A stretch of DNA of 64,000 bases, from the IMG/VR virus record IMGVR_UViG_3300020171_002032; one strand, 5' to 3'. The position numbers were made by a program, and so were the translations under genes. Shown piece by piece: positions 36,403 through 46,485 of this stretch. Under the pieces are notes generated by a model. The model ran no database searches. It was not told where the DNA came from and was given only the letters and a program-made list of their open reading frames with translations. Within the stretch, counting starts at the first letter, position 1; every line of letters begins with the position of its first letter. The DNA comes from an uncultured virus (IMG/VR IMGVR_UViG_3300020171_002032). Taxonomy: Duplodnaviria > Heunggongvirae > Uroviricota > Caudoviricetes.

Positions 36403-37338
36403 ATGTCCTATCAAACCCCATTTTCACAAGAACTCACGCCTGGCAACTATCGGATAAATATGCCTTCTCCAGTTACAGATGCGTCTGGAATATACATCTT
36501 CACTCGTTGGCAAGACGGAAACACTCAGAATCCCCGAACCATTAATCTTCAAACAGATTTCAGCTTAATTGCAGAGTACACAAAACAAACAGGCGGGCCT
36601 TATCAAGGTCAAACACCTTTTTTACTAACGCTAGACGAAGGTACGTACACTATAAACATGCCAATAAACGTGGTCGTTGGATCAGACACGTATCGATTTA
36701 AACAATGGGAAGACGGTTCCACTAATCCAATACGACAAATAACCCTCAACCAAAACCTCTCTCTCAGGGCAACTTACGAATTAACAACAGTGATACTTAA
36801 CATCGCAGCGGGAGCAAATGGCAGCGTCAATCCTTCTGGAGCGCAAACGTTGAATGTTGGACAAGCATACAGTTTCAACGCTGTTTCTAATGTTGGATAT
36901 CTTATCGACCATTGGGATCTAGATGGCACAAACATTGGATCAACTAACCCTCTATCCCTGACTGCGACAGTGGACTTGAACAACAAGCTTCTAACAGCCA
37001 TATTCACGGCAATTCCGCCAGTACAAATCAACCTTAACATGAAAATCACTGGGGAAGGTGTAACAACCCCGTCGTCAGGAACACAAACATTCAATGTTGG
37101 AGACATAATTCAATTCTCAGCCATACCAAACTCTGGATTCGCCTTCAAACAATGGACATTCAACGGATCAATCTACACAGATAACCCGTTAAGCTTGACC
37201 ATAACGGAAGACATGAATGGAAAAACTTTGACGGCTGAATTCACTGGTCCGCCTGCGCCTTTAACTTCTTCGCTATTGATCATAGCGATACCAGTAGCCA
37301 TAATAGGCGGGTATTTCCTACTAAAAGGAAAGAGGTAG
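36403..37338 (+). CDS. membrane-anchored adhesin-like protein with B-repeat-like domains
   Basis: F..W.DG.T.NPR and GF.F.QW repeats; C-terminal TM followed by KGKR. Confidence 0.75.
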   Translation: MSYQTPFSQELTPGNYRINMPSPVTDASGIYIFTRWQDGNTQNPRTINLQTDFSLIAEYTKQTGGPYQGQTPFLLTLDEGTYTINMPINVVVGSDTYRFKQWEDGSTNPIRQITLNQNLSLRATYELTTVILNIAAGANGSVNPSGAQTLNVGQAYSFNAVSNVGYLIDHWDLDGTNIGSTNPLSLTATVDLNNKLLTAIFTAIPPVQINLNMKITGEGVTTPSSGTQTFNVGDIIQFSAIPNSGFAFKQWTFNGSIYTDNPLSLTITEDMNGKTLTAEFTGPPAPLTSSLLIIAIPVAIIGGYFLLKGKR

Positions 37339-37503
37339 GTAAAGTGGGCGACATAGACAAGACCATAAGTGAATCCGAAACGGTCACAGTTACATTAAAC
37401 ATCAAATGGCAACTCGCAGACTCAGAACCAGTAGCACCAACAGACTACATCAGATACGCAGATCTTGACATCGACTTAGGCCAACTAGGCAAACTATGGG
37501 CAT

Positions 37504-37791
37504 TCAAGAAAACAACACCCTAACTCCCTTTTTATTTTTCAACTTTTCTTCCATTAAAATGCCATTTCCAATGAGCCACGTTTCCAAACTTTCACACTTC
37601 TCAGGATCACAGAAAAACGGCGTAACCTTCTTACCGATTAAACATTTGAAACAGGGGACAAACGCTAGAGTTTCAATGGCAAGAAGCCGAACTTCAACTT
37701 TGGAAGCCACAAATATTAATTCTTCTCTGATAAGTAATTTGTTGTCCTTCAGATGTTTCTTCACAATAATGCTATAAATGTCCTTCAACAA
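37504..37791 (-). CDS. hypothetical protein (PCFKC...CDPEKC)
   Basis: Cys cluster; start uncertain. Confidence 0.45.
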   Translation of the reverse strand: MLKDIYSIIVKKHLKDNKLLIREELIFVASKVEVRLLAIETLAFVPCFKCLIGKKVTPFFCDPEKCESLETWLIGNGILMEEKLKNKKGVRVLFS

Positions 37792-37809
37792 ATGACTACT
37801 TGATAGATA

Positions 37810-38154
37810 ATGCCAATAAAAGAACTGACCGATGTTGAACGCGTCCTGATCGCGCTGACATCACTCGCGCTAAATGCCCCCTCAACCTACACAATCGCCT
37901 GGAGCAAGCAAGAACATAGAGAGCAGATGCCAATACTCTACGCTGGAATCGCAACAAGCGCAGCCACAGTCGTTGGAGCTATTCTTGGCAAGAAATATCA
38001 TGGTGACACAATCATGTGGGGTGGACTCGTCGGAACCTTGGGCTTGTTCAGCTATGTCACATTCGTCTACAATCCGACGAACACGGTTCCAGTCAAAATT
38101 GAGCAACATCAAAACACGCCTTTAACAGGCTCTAGATACACAATAACGGCTTAG
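37810..38154 (+). CDS. membrane protein
   Basis: 2-3 hydrophobic segments. Confidence 0.7.
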   Translation: MPIKELTDVERVLIALTSLALNAPSTYTIAWSKQEHREQMPILYAGIATSAATVVGAILGKKYHGDTIMWGGLVGTLGLFSYVTFVYNPTNTVPVKIEQHQNTPLTGSRYTITA

Positions 38155-38174
38155 GCGAAGCTTGTTGAATTTAT

Positions 38175-38196
38175 GCGCTTATCTCTCATTAAACGC
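38175..38196. repeat. dif-like site GCGCTTAT-CTCTCA-TTAAACGC
   Basis: Matches consensus. Confidence 0.8.
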
Positions 38197-38247
38197 ACAA
38201 TTTTACAGTAGCAATCCTTAAACACTTTTTCGAACATAATTATAAAT

Positions 38248-38793
38248 ATGACCCGCTACCCTTGCATGACTAAAGCGAAGAAAATACCTCACTTTCGTGT
38301 GTCAATGTCACGTTGTTTACCAACTGATGCAGAAGCCTGTGCAATAAACGAGTGCATAAAGGAAGATGGTGCTGAAGCAAAAAGCAAATGCTTACTAAAA
38401 ATCGGGTATTCAAAGATTGGGTCTGGAGCCAGTAGGGATGTCTATGAGAAAGGGCAATGCGTCTTAAAACTGGATCATATAGGCGGAGAAAATAACGCAC
38501 AGGAAATTCGGATTTCAGAAAAAGCTCCTGAAGAGCTTCGAGACAAAATAGTTCCAGTTGTTGCCTACTCCGACCTTTATAGCTGGTTAATAATGCCAAA
38601 GGCAAAGACCGAAAAAAATCTGAGCGGAAAAGAAATTGACCGCCTTGCAGATCAGTTAGATAGGGGCTTGCTTGAAGCCAATCTAAAATGTACAGATTTC
38701 ACGCTTTCGAACGTAGGCAAACTTGAAGGTAAGCCCGTCATTATTGATTATGGTTGGGGGATGAGCTGCCGTCGAACTGGACGACATATCTGA
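38248..38793 (+). CDS. minimal protein-kinase-like protein
   Basis: IGSGASRDVY Gly-loop, VLK, DFTLSNVG, IIDYG. Confidence 0.78.
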   Translation: MTRYPCMTKAKKIPHFRVSMSRCLPTDAEACAINECIKEDGAEAKSKCLLKIGYSKIGSGASRDVYEKGQCVLKLDHIGGENNAQEIRISEKAPEELRDKIVPVVAYSDLYSWLIMPKAKTEKNLSGKEIDRLADQLDRGLLEANLKCTDFTLSNVGKLEGKPVIIDYGWGMSCRRTGRHI

Positions 38794-38827
38794 TAAATCC
38801 TTGCTGATGTAGCCCCTTAAGCGAATG

Positions 38828-39085
38828 CTAAATCTTACAGTTTTGCCGATAAGCATCCGTGTGTTTCAAGCCATATTTCTTGTACGCTTTGCAGATTTTC
38901 TTCATGCCTTTCTTACATTTAGCTGTCTGTTCCTGACCATATCTTGCCATAGCATTGAGGGCACGCTTCTTAGGCTTCAGTGGATACTTGGCTACGCCGT
39001 CGATTATGCAGGCAAAATCTTTGAGCTTTAGTCCTTGCCTTCTGTATTTTGCTGGAATCAGAACTAGACGAGTATTTCTTGCCAT
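38828..39085 (-). CDS. basic small protein
   Basis: K/R-rich, 85 aa. Confidence 0.6.
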   Translation of the reverse strand: MARNTRLVLIPAKYRRQGLKLKDFACIIDGVAKYPLKPKKRALNAMARYGQEQTAKCKKGMKKICKAYKKYGLKHTDAYRQNCKI

Positions 39086-39311
39086 TACTTGGTGCCTCCA
39101 ATCAATTTGTTGAGAATATCTTCTAATGGCCAGCGTACTTCTCTCCCACTCTTCATCTTCAATTCACAGATGATCATATCCTCATCCTCATCTAAGTAGC
39201 AAGTCTTAATTTTTTCAGGGACATCTATCGGATAAGTCCTTCTCTTAGCCATTTTACCTTACCTACAAATAAAAAGAGGGTTGAAGTATGCTTAAGGGTT
39301 GCGATGCTTTG

Positions 39312-39563
39312 TTACTTCAGTCGGCAAACGATTGTACCGACACGTTTCATCCGTCTTGCAGTGCTCTTTCTGCCTACACGCCTTGCACGCTTACGGCCAA
39401 CTTTTCTGCCTTTTCTTTTATATTTTCGTGTGTATTTTGCTCTGACTTTGGCTCCTCTCGCGCATTTCTTAGCGGCCTTTTTGAATGCAGCTCTCCACTT
39501 TGTCTTGCCCTTGATGTGCTTGCCCTTGAGTTGTGCCTTCATACATGTTTGGAATTTTCCCAT
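39312..39563 (-). CDS. very basic protamine-like protein (candidate genome-condensing protein)
   Basis: Dominated by K/R, with no acidic residues. Confidence 0.65.
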   Translation of the reverse strand: MGKFQTCMKAQLKGKHIKGKTKWRAAFKKAAKKCARGAKVRAKYTRKYKRKGRKVGRKRARRVGRKSTARRMKRVGTIVCRLK

Positions 39564-39664
39564 TTCTAATCACTAATTATGATCTCGGGTTTTAGAAGAT
39601 ATAAAAGCTTGTCAAAATAGGTTTCACGTAAAATCAATCGTCTGGCGAAAAAGACCATTGTTTT

Positions 39665-39686
39665 GCGCTTATATAGGCTTAACCGC
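39665..39686. repeat. dif-like site GCGCTTAT-ATAGGC-TTAACCGC
   Basis: Matches consensus. Confidence 0.85.
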
Positions 39687-39691
39687 GTATT

Positions 39692-40078
39692 TCATGTTAA
39701 AGGCTTTTTCTGTATTTCAGTCTCAAACAGCCTCAGAAACATGAAGAGATTTCTTATCACGGCTTCCGTTGTTGAAACCTTCACTTGTGAGAACTCCATG
39801 CCCCTGCTCATCTTTTGCATATATGGCACTAGCATTAGTGATAGATCCTCTAGTAGCTGGTCATCCCAATACGCTTTTTGTAAATGGTAGAATGTCTTGT
39901 CTTCAGAATTCGAAGTTATGATCATGCCCCATTGAACCATCTGTTCAAGATGGTAACTCACAAGTTGCGGAGATAGACGACTACGATTCGCAATGTGTCG
40001 TGCTATGAGAGGTTGTCTAGCTCTCCTCAAAGTCTGAATAATTTTGATCTTGCTTGCGAAAGCCTCGTTAAGGCTCAA
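39692..40078 (-). CDS. winged-helix transcription regulator
   Basis: ARHIA..SRLSPQLVSYHLEQMVQWGMI. Confidence 0.75.
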   Translation of the reverse strand: MSLNEAFASKIKIIQTLRRARQPLIARHIANRSRLSPQLVSYHLEQMVQWGMIITSNSEDKTFYHLQKAYWDDQLLEDLSLMLVPYMQKMSRGMEFSQVKVSTTEAVIRNLFMFLRLFETEIQKKPLT

Positions 40079-40361
40079 TTTTCTTCGTCTTCCTTATGCG
40101 ATTTATCTCATTCAAATCTTCCATGAGTTCAGGGTCGCTTCTTGCAACATCCCTGATTTTTTCAGCGACTTGATCCTCAGTGATTTCCCCCCGCAAATAT
40201 CGTTCGGTAAGGTCTTTGCAGTCAAGCTTATCAGACAATGATTCTTTGCAGACCTTGAATAGGAAACCCATGGTAATGTTTGTCACGCATTTTGGGCATG
40301 GTTCTTTATTTTCTTTTACCGTTCCCCACAACCTCCCCCACACATCTACCCACTTTGCCAT
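40068..40361 (-). CDS. hypothetical protein (CPKC)
   Basis: Operon context. Confidence 0.65.
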   Translation of the reverse strand: MAKWVDVWGRLWGTVKENKEPCPKCVTNITMGFLFKVCKESLSDKLDCKDLTERYLRGEITEDQVAEKIRDVARSDPELMEDLNEINRIRKTKKIEP

Positions 40362-40566
40362 TTGTTTCTAGAGTGCAGACTTGTCCATGTTCATCTGCGT
40401 ATAGAAAATAGGGTACAGCGTTGATGCCAAGCTTCGAAGCTAACTCCCTCGCTTCTGGTTCATTGGATACGTCCATGATTTTGAATCTGTCATCGTTCCC
40501 GAATTTCTTTTTAATTTCTTTGCAGTGGGAACATTTCTCATGTACTAGCACGATGATTTTCTGCAT
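40306..40566 (-). CDS. glutaredoxin/thioredoxin-like protein
   Basis: CSHC active site and GINAVP cis-Pro motif. Confidence 0.8.
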   Translation of the reverse strand: MQKIIVLVHEKCSHCKEIKKKFGNDDRFKIMDVSNEPEARELASKLGINAVPYFLYADEHGQVCTLETNGKVGRCVGEVVGNGKRK

Positions 40567-40631
40567 GGATAAACTTTATTAGCATACCACATATTAATGT
40601 ATTTGTTCCCCACAAAAAGGCAGTTTGCATT

Positions 40632-41324
40632 ATGGGTAAACGCGGAAGACCAAGAAAAAGACTCATACCCGATGCTATGGATGTCCTTAATGATGGAAAA
40701 AGCATCGAAGATGAAGATTTGAGAGGTGGGAATCCCACGGAAATCTCCCCACAAGAATTAAATAAAACTGATAATCCCGCAGAAAAGACTGATTCCTCAG
40801 ATAATTCTTTGGAAGACACATCCACAATGTCAGAAAAACTCCCGCATGACCGTTTCCCACTTACAGAGATACCTGGACAATGGAATGATGTGCCGATACT
40901 GGAACTGGCCAAGCAAGGATGGTACTATCGTGCAAGGTCAACAGACAAGTCTGGTAGCAAATACATGTTCATCCGCAACAGAACCAATGAGAAAAGTCTC
41001 GGACGATGGTCGCCTGAAGCTGAGAAATTGCTTTTTGAACGTTACCCGATACTATATAAGCCCAAAGGAGTCGAAGAACTCGAATCATCAACTGGCAAGG
41101 GCTTAGGAAGCAAACCATTCTTCAATGTGCCAGTCAAACGAGTCGCAGTGATTCCAGGCGACTACAGACCAACAATTGATGTCATACGCTACTACAACAT
41201 CTACAAGAACAACGGATTCCTAGGAGATTTCAGCGACTTCATGAACGGAATCACAGTAACCCATTTTGTGAAGTGCCATGGGATCGTACTTCCAGTATTT
41301 GTTAATGAGGAGTTGATTCAATAA
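40632..41324 (+). CDS. AT-hook-containing protein
   Basis: KRGRPRK at the N-terminus. Confidence 0.7.
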   Translation: MGKRGRPRKRLIPDAMDVLNDGKSIEDEDLRGGNPTEISPQELNKTDNPAEKTDSSDNSLEDTSTMSEKLPHDRFPLTEIPGQWNDVPILELAKQGWYYRARSTDKSGSKYMFIRNRTNEKSLGRWSPEAEKLLFERYPILYKPKGVEELESSTGKGLGSKPFFNVPVKRVAVIPGDYRPTIDVIRYYNIYKNNGFLGDFSDFMNGITVTHFVKCHGIVLPVFVNEELIQ

Positions 41325-41325
41325 A

Positions 41326-42543
41326 ATGCCTGAAGATATGGATATCTACATGAAAAAAATCAAGCAAAGGGCAGACGCAACAGATAATGTGATGGACAAG
41401 CTTAAAGCAGATAGAATGGCTGACCTTGACAAACTCCGTATAGACGCGGAAATGGAAGAAGTAAAAGCCAAACTTGAGGAAAGCCGAGCCAAAGTGCGAG
41501 AATCCCAACAAACAGGGCAAACCTTAGCACCACAACAAGCGTACAATTTCGCTGAACTCTTGTTTGCAGGTCGTCCCCCCGAAGAAATAAAAGAAATCAT
41601 AAACTCGCTTACAGAAGAAGAAATACACAAACTCGCATACATGGCCTCTGCCATGAACAACAATAAACTTTCAGAATTCAGAGAATACATGCGTCAACCA
41701 TCCACAAGCATGAAAGAAGTGGTCGATGCCATAAAGATCGGAACAGAAATAGCTAAACCCCAACAGCAACAGCAAGGAAGCGTCAGCGACATTGCCAAAA
41801 GCATGGCTGAAATGTTCAAGACAGGCGTAGAAATCGGAAGAGGACAAACACAGCCACAGCAGCCACAGCAGAACCCGTTTGAAATGATGAAAACATATCA
41901 CGAAATGTTCCTTAAACCAGTTCTTGATCAACTGACCAACAAAGACAAGGAACTGATGACGATGCGAATGAACCAGATAGAAAACAAAATAACCGCACAA
42001 GTCAGTCCGCAAGACTACATTAAAACGATCAAGCAAACAAGCCAAGAACTCGGCTTGTCATCACAAGGAAAAAGCGAAATAGACCTGAAGCTAGAAGAGA
42101 TGCGCGAAACACACGATGTTCAAATGGCAACGCTTGGGTTTGAAACAAGAAAATGGGAGCATCAAAAGGACAGTGAAGGCAAAACCATTGAACAAGTGAA
42201 AGATCTTATCAAAACCGTGACGGAAGGACCCGTCGGAAAAGTTTTGGAATCGTTAGGAGACGCAGGAGCAGACAAAATAAGAGGTTCACCAAAAAGAAAT
42301 TCATCAAATATAGTGCAAATCGCCTGCCCGAATTGTCGAGGAAAATTCCAAGCTAACGACCAACTAGCTAAGATCAATTGTCCATTATGCGGTGCAGAAC
42401 TACAAAAGGCAACAGCCCCAGTTCCTCAACCTCCACCAGCGGCACAGCCAACACAACCTGAACAAAAACCCGAAGAACCCCAAGCAACTCAAAGCCTAGC
42501 CACGGAAGGTCAAGCCCAAATTGACGGACAACCCGCAAACTAA
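41326..42543 (+). CDS. Gln-rich coiled-coil protein with C-terminal zinc ribbon
   Basis: Helical repeats, CPNC/CPLC, Pro/Gln tail. Confidence 0.8.
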   Translation: MPEDMDIYMKKIKQRADATDNVMDKLKADRMADLDKLRIDAEMEEVKAKLEESRAKVRESQQTGQTLAPQQAYNFAELLFAGRPPEEIKEIINSLTEEEIHKLAYMASAMNNNKLSEFREYMRQPSTSMKEVVDAIKIGTEIAKPQQQQQGSVSDIAKSMAEMFKTGVEIGRGQTQPQQPQQNPFEMMKTYHEMFLKPVLDQLTNKDKELMTMRMNQIENKITAQVSPQDYIKTIKQTSQELGLSSQGKSEIDLKLEEMRETHDVQMATLGFETRKWEHQKDSEGKTIEQVKDLIKTVTEGPVGKVLESLGDAGADKIRGSPKRNSSNIVQIACPNCRGKFQANDQLAKINCPLCGAELQKATAPVPQPPPAAQPTQPEQKPEEPQATQSLATEGQAQIDGQPAN

Positions 42544-42838
42544 CGAATACACAGTAGTCTCAGTTCCACAGAAACCTCCAGAAATCAAATCCTTCACGCC
42601 AGAATGGGCTTTATACCGTTATCTGGAAGCTTGGGAACCAGATGTCATGGAACTAGCAATCAAAAAAAACTATGAGTGGGATCTCAGTCAACATGTAGAC
42701 ACAATCATCACTTACGCATCAGATCAAGTGCTTGAATGGTTCAAGAAATATCGTCCAGATCTACATGAAAAATTGAATACAGATGAGGGCAAAAAATGGC
42801 TTCGAAGAAACATCAAAATGGCAATGACCCCGAAATGA
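42521..42838 (+). CDS. hypothetical protein
   Basis: Operon context. Confidence 0.7.
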   Translation: MTDNPQTNEYTVVSVPQKPPEIKSFTPEWALYRYLEAWEPDVMELAIKKNYEWDLSQHVDTIITYASDQVLEWFKKYRPDLHEKLNTDEGKKWLRRNIKMAMTPK

Positions 42839-43158
42839 GTAAGATAGAAGAGGCCAATAGAAAGGGTGCCTTAAATGTCATAGGAGACATTCTTGCCGAT
42901 CCGAAAGTGCAGAACACAATAAAGACAGCTCTTTTCAGAGAAACAATCAAAAATTCAATCGTTTTAACCTGCCTCTTGGTTGGTCTTCTCAAACTCTATG
43001 ATGTTTCAAAAACCGTAATAGGCTTCGACTGGAAAGGAGACCTTCTCATGAGCATCATATTGGTTTCAGCAGGCTTAATATATATGGTCAAAAACACAAT
43101 AACAATGAAGAAGAATGGTGAGTCAAAGACAAATCGCAGCAATTCTGATGTTGGCTAG
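42835..43158 (+). CDS. two-TM membrane protein
   Basis: ATGA coupling; two hydrophobic segments. Confidence 0.7.
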   Translation: MSKIEEANRKGALNVIGDILADPKVQNTIKTALFRETIKNSIVLTCLLVGLLKLYDVSKTVIGFDWKGDLLMSIILVSAGLIYMVKNTITMKKNGESKTNRSNSDVG

Positions 43159-43288
43159 CTCGCTTGTCGCCGTTGGCTTTGCAGTCTATAATCTTCATGA
43201 AGCCTTCACAAACAACGCTACATCACTCAAGAAAGCATAAACCTTTTTACTACATCAAGACGACTATTCTCTATAGGTGAATACTAAG

Positions 43289-43432
43289 ATGGATGTAACA
43301 AGCATACTCGTTGGAGCTGTCGCAGGCTTCGTCGTCGGCGCACTCGTCTTTACTCAGACGGGTAGAGAAGTGTCTGGGAAAGTTGGGCGAGCCACTGGAG
43401 AAAGACTCCGATACCATATTGAGCCTCGGTGA
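43289..43432 (+). CDS. small membrane protein, 47 aa
   Basis: MDVTSILVGAVAGFVVGALVF; AGGTGA upstream. Confidence 0.65.
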   Translation: MDVTSILVGAVAGFVVGALVFTQTGREVSGKVGRATGERLRYHIEPR

Positions 43433-43441
43433 TGGGGCTAA

Positions 43442-44425
43442 TTGAGTTACCTGCGACGAGAAAGACTACTGGATGTATTGTATCCAGATCCGTTAGGCAG
43501 GTTAACTGACGAAGCAGTCAATTATGACCCGCAAGGATTTGGTGCCAGTACACCTTTTGGATATTGGCAAGACCGATGGCTGAGTCTTTGGAATAACTAT
43601 GCCTATGTTCAGATGATTGCTGAAGCAAACGCCATCATTGATGAGATCACATACTATAACCCGCTTATCACTCCGACCAACGCACCACATGTTTTGAATC
43701 ACTATTGGTATACTGGAAACGCATCAAATGGGCTACTTGACCTCTCACAATTCAAAATCAATGGTGAACTACGATTCTGGATAATGCCTGACATCTATTG
43801 TGGAAACGTTCTCGAAATTCAACTCTGGGATTGGCGTGAAGGCGAAGCGTACAGTAATGAAATGGTTCTTCAAATATCGATATTTCCTGGTTCATCTACA
43901 CCGTACTACCTTGCTGTGCCAATGGCAAGTTTTCAACCAGCTCCATCCAACCAAAGCACCTTTGACTGGACACAAATCCAAATTACAACATTCGCTTGCG
44001 TTGCAAGTTACTTAAGCAAACTCGCCATAATAAAACCGCATTGGTGGACGGCAACAGGAACTTATCCATTTCTCAATATCCGTTCATATGACCAAGACAT
44101 GAAAAGCCACTATGCAAATAACGCTGTGATGTTAAGGGTTGGAAGCATCGAGAATTATTATCCAGTTCCCTATGCACAGCCAGTTTCACCGTTTGTTGGA
44201 ACGCTAACCGCAGTCGAAGTACAAGGCAGAACCTTCGTAAAATGGAAGAAACCAGATAACAGTTATGTCGAGACTAAAACCATAGATGTTGATCACCAAA
44301 TCAGTGAAGCATATGAAGTTCATTGGAATATATCAAAGGGAAATGGCGGAATCAACCCTACTTTGATTGCACTTGGAATAGGAGGCATAGCTTTATTGGG
44401 CTATACAGCCTACAAATACTTGTAG
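43442..44425 (+). CDS. C-terminally anchored carbohydrate-binding-like virion protein
   Basis: Aromatic beta-rich; FDWTQI; C-terminal TM. Confidence 0.7.
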   Translation: MSYLRRERLLDVLYPDPLGRLTDEAVNYDPQGFGASTPFGYWQDRWLSLWNNYAYVQMIAEANAIIDEITYYNPLITPTNAPHVLNHYWYTGNASNGLLDLSQFKINGELRFWIMPDIYCGNVLEIQLWDWREGEAYSNEMVLQISIFPGSSTPYYLAVPMASFQPAPSNQSTFDWTQIQITTFACVASYLSKLAIIKPHWWTATGTYPFLNIRSYDQDMKSHYANNAVMLRVGSIENYYPVPYAQPVSPFVGTLTAVEVQGRTFVKWKKPDNSYVETKTIDVDHQISEAYEVHWNISKGNGGINPTLIALGIGGIALLGYTAYKYL

Positions 44426-44448
44426 ACATAAAAAAGGAAGAAAAGACC

Positions 44449-45228
44449 ATGTTAAAAGGCTATCCTGCGAATATAACGAAAAACAAATTCCAAATTGGCA
44501 CTGGCAGAGTAATGCGCGTTAGCCTGATAACAGGTCAATTACAAGCATATGTTCCTGCAACGACTGAAACCATAACAAATCCATACGCTGAGACACGAAC
44601 CCCTGAATATTTCAAGACCGAACTCAATTCGCAGATGTTGCAACAAGGCATAGATGCTTATTGTGAAGAAGTGCTCGTCGTACAAAACATCTTTTCCAAC
44701 ACATATGCCAATGCTATCTTGGTTCCAGAACAAGCATCATATGAAACTAAAACCCTCCTGATTTACGAATTGTTAGCCATAGTCGGTGTACTCATAGCGA
44801 TTGCTGGCGTTGTTTGGCTGCTATACAACATCTTCGTGTACGAACCGACTCATCAACAAAACGCGCCGCCTGGATCTGGTGAAACTGACCTTTGGACATA
44901 TCAACGCAAATACAGTTGGCTACTAGATCACTATTGGTATGTGTGTGGCAAGGATCTGTCGGCATCTGGCCCGAAAGCAGGGGTTACATGGATTGATTAC
45001 ACGCCTTCTGTACTCTATGCGTCCAAAGAAGAGGTGCCACAAGCTGAAGTGGAGTTGTTCTATGAACATTGTAATGACGTGAATACTCCCGATTTTAGAC
45101 CGCTTGAAACAGATTGGATAATGCCAATCGTCTACGGAGTAGTCATTATCGGAGCGGTATATGTAGCCGCGAAGGTCTTACCTAGTTTGTTGAGTAAAAA
45201 GGAAACAACAGTAAGGAAACGAAGATGA
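44449..45228 (+). CDS. membrane protein (2 TM)
   Basis: Internal and C-terminal TM, basic tail. Confidence 0.72.
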   Translation: MLKGYPANITKNKFQIGTGRVMRVSLITGQLQAYVPATTETITNPYAETRTPEYFKTELNSQMLQQGIDAYCEEVLVVQNIFSNTYANAILVPEQASYETKTLLIYELLAIVGVLIAIAGVVWLLYNIFVYEPTHQQNAPPGSGETDLWTYQRKYSWLLDHYWYVCGKDLSASGPKAGVTWIDYTPSVLYASKEEVPQAEVELFYEHCNDVNTPDFRPLETDWIMPIVYGVVIIGAVYVAAKVLPSLLSKKETTVRKRR

Positions 45229-45244
45229 AGGAGCGTAAGAAAAA

Positions 45245-45631
45245 TTGAGCAAAGAATTAGTTCAGAAATGGTACAATGCTCTCCCAAACGCTGAAAAAGA
45301 TCTCCCCTTAATTCTGTTAGATGGTATCGTGTACACACCAACGACAGCATACAATGAAGTGAACAGAAACAGCCCAGTAGGAATCAGGCTCCAAGCATTA
45401 ATAGAACAGGGAAAATTCGGTACTTCAACGGAAGACGAACAAGCTATAGCAAAGACACGACTTGAACAACGAATGCGATCTTTGCCTGACAAACCATTAT
45501 TCGCCACACTAAGCAACAAAGTCTTCACGCCATCACAACTACTCGAAGAGATCCAATCAGGAACCCAAATCGGACAACAATGGCAAAATAATGAACTTTT
45601 GCATATGAAAATATTGATGCAGATAAGATGA
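45245..45631 (+). CDS. hypothetical protein with internal duplication
   Basis: VYTP...EV....PVG and VFTP...EI....QIG halves. Confidence 0.7.
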   Translation: MSKELVQKWYNALPNAEKDLPLILLDGIVYTPTTAYNEVNRNSPVGIRLQALIEQGKFGTSTEDEQAIAKTRLEQRMRSLPDKPLFATLSNKVFTPSQLLEEIQSGTQIGQQWQNNELLHMKILMQIR

Positions 45632-46407
45632 TTCAAGCGAAGGATGAGCAAATGCCAGCTTTGGAAAACACTTTTCTTTTTGCAGAACCAATGGCTCATT
45701 ATCTCGAATACGGATCAGTGGTCTTGCATCAAATCATCGAAGCAAACAAACGACCTATGCAAACAATAGTCGAACTGGTTGGGGTAGATGCAAGCCCAGA
45801 AAATGCTCTGAAACAACTGCGAACTATGAATCCCATAGTTTTCTCTCTTGTGGGCCATGGAAATGAAACGACCACAAGTTTGGAATGCACCGCTGTCCTA
45901 GTCAATACTGAAAGTCCCGAACTTGACTTGCTGAAAGATAAAGTCGTGTCTCTTGTAAGTTGTTTAACTGCGCAGCAACTTGGGCCCGCAATTATTGATG
46001 CTGGAGCGAAAGCATATGTTGGGTATAAAGAAGAATTCTGGTTTTTCATTGGAGATGCGGCTGGAACAACGAGAGCTGTTCAAAGTCCATTTTTATCAGC
46101 ATTCCAGTTTGAAGCTTCACTTTTACAGGGCAAATCCGTGAGAGATGCGCGAAATGAGCAATTAGCGAAATTTGATGAAGAAATCACGTATTGGACTTCT
46201 GGTGACGGCAAAAACGATGTTAACAGTATGGAACTTAGCAGAATTCAAGAATTAAATAAAAGTAACTGTGTCTTCTTAGGAGAAGGCAGTATAACTCCGA
46301 GTCCAGTAGGAGCAGTAGTTCAAGCAGGTTTTGCGAATCCACCGCTTCTATTTGGACTTGCAGGAATCATCATCGGATACGGCATTTACAGGGAACTAAC
46401 TGCCTGA
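45628..46407 (+). CDS. caspase/gingipain-fold (clan CD) cysteine protease-like, membrane-anchored
   Basis: FSLVGHG and SLVSCLTA His/Cys dyad, GAKAYVGY, C-terminal TM. Confidence 0.7.
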   Translation: MIQAKDEQMPALENTFLFAEPMAHYLEYGSVVLHQIIEANKRPMQTIVELVGVDASPENALKQLRTMNPIVFSLVGHGNETTTSLECTAVLVNTESPELDLLKDKVVSLVSCLTAQQLGPAIIDAGAKAYVGYKEEFWFFIGDAAGTTRAVQSPFLSAFQFEASLLQGKSVRDARNEQLAKFDEEITYWTSGDGKNDVNSMELSRIQELNKSNCVFLGEGSITPSPVGAVVQAGFANPPLLFGLAGIIIGYGIYRELTA

Positions 46408-46485
46408 TTTTTTAGTTAACAGAACCTCATATGTGAAAGGCTTTTATACCAAATTGAAAGACTATTATTATCAAGGTTTGAGAGT

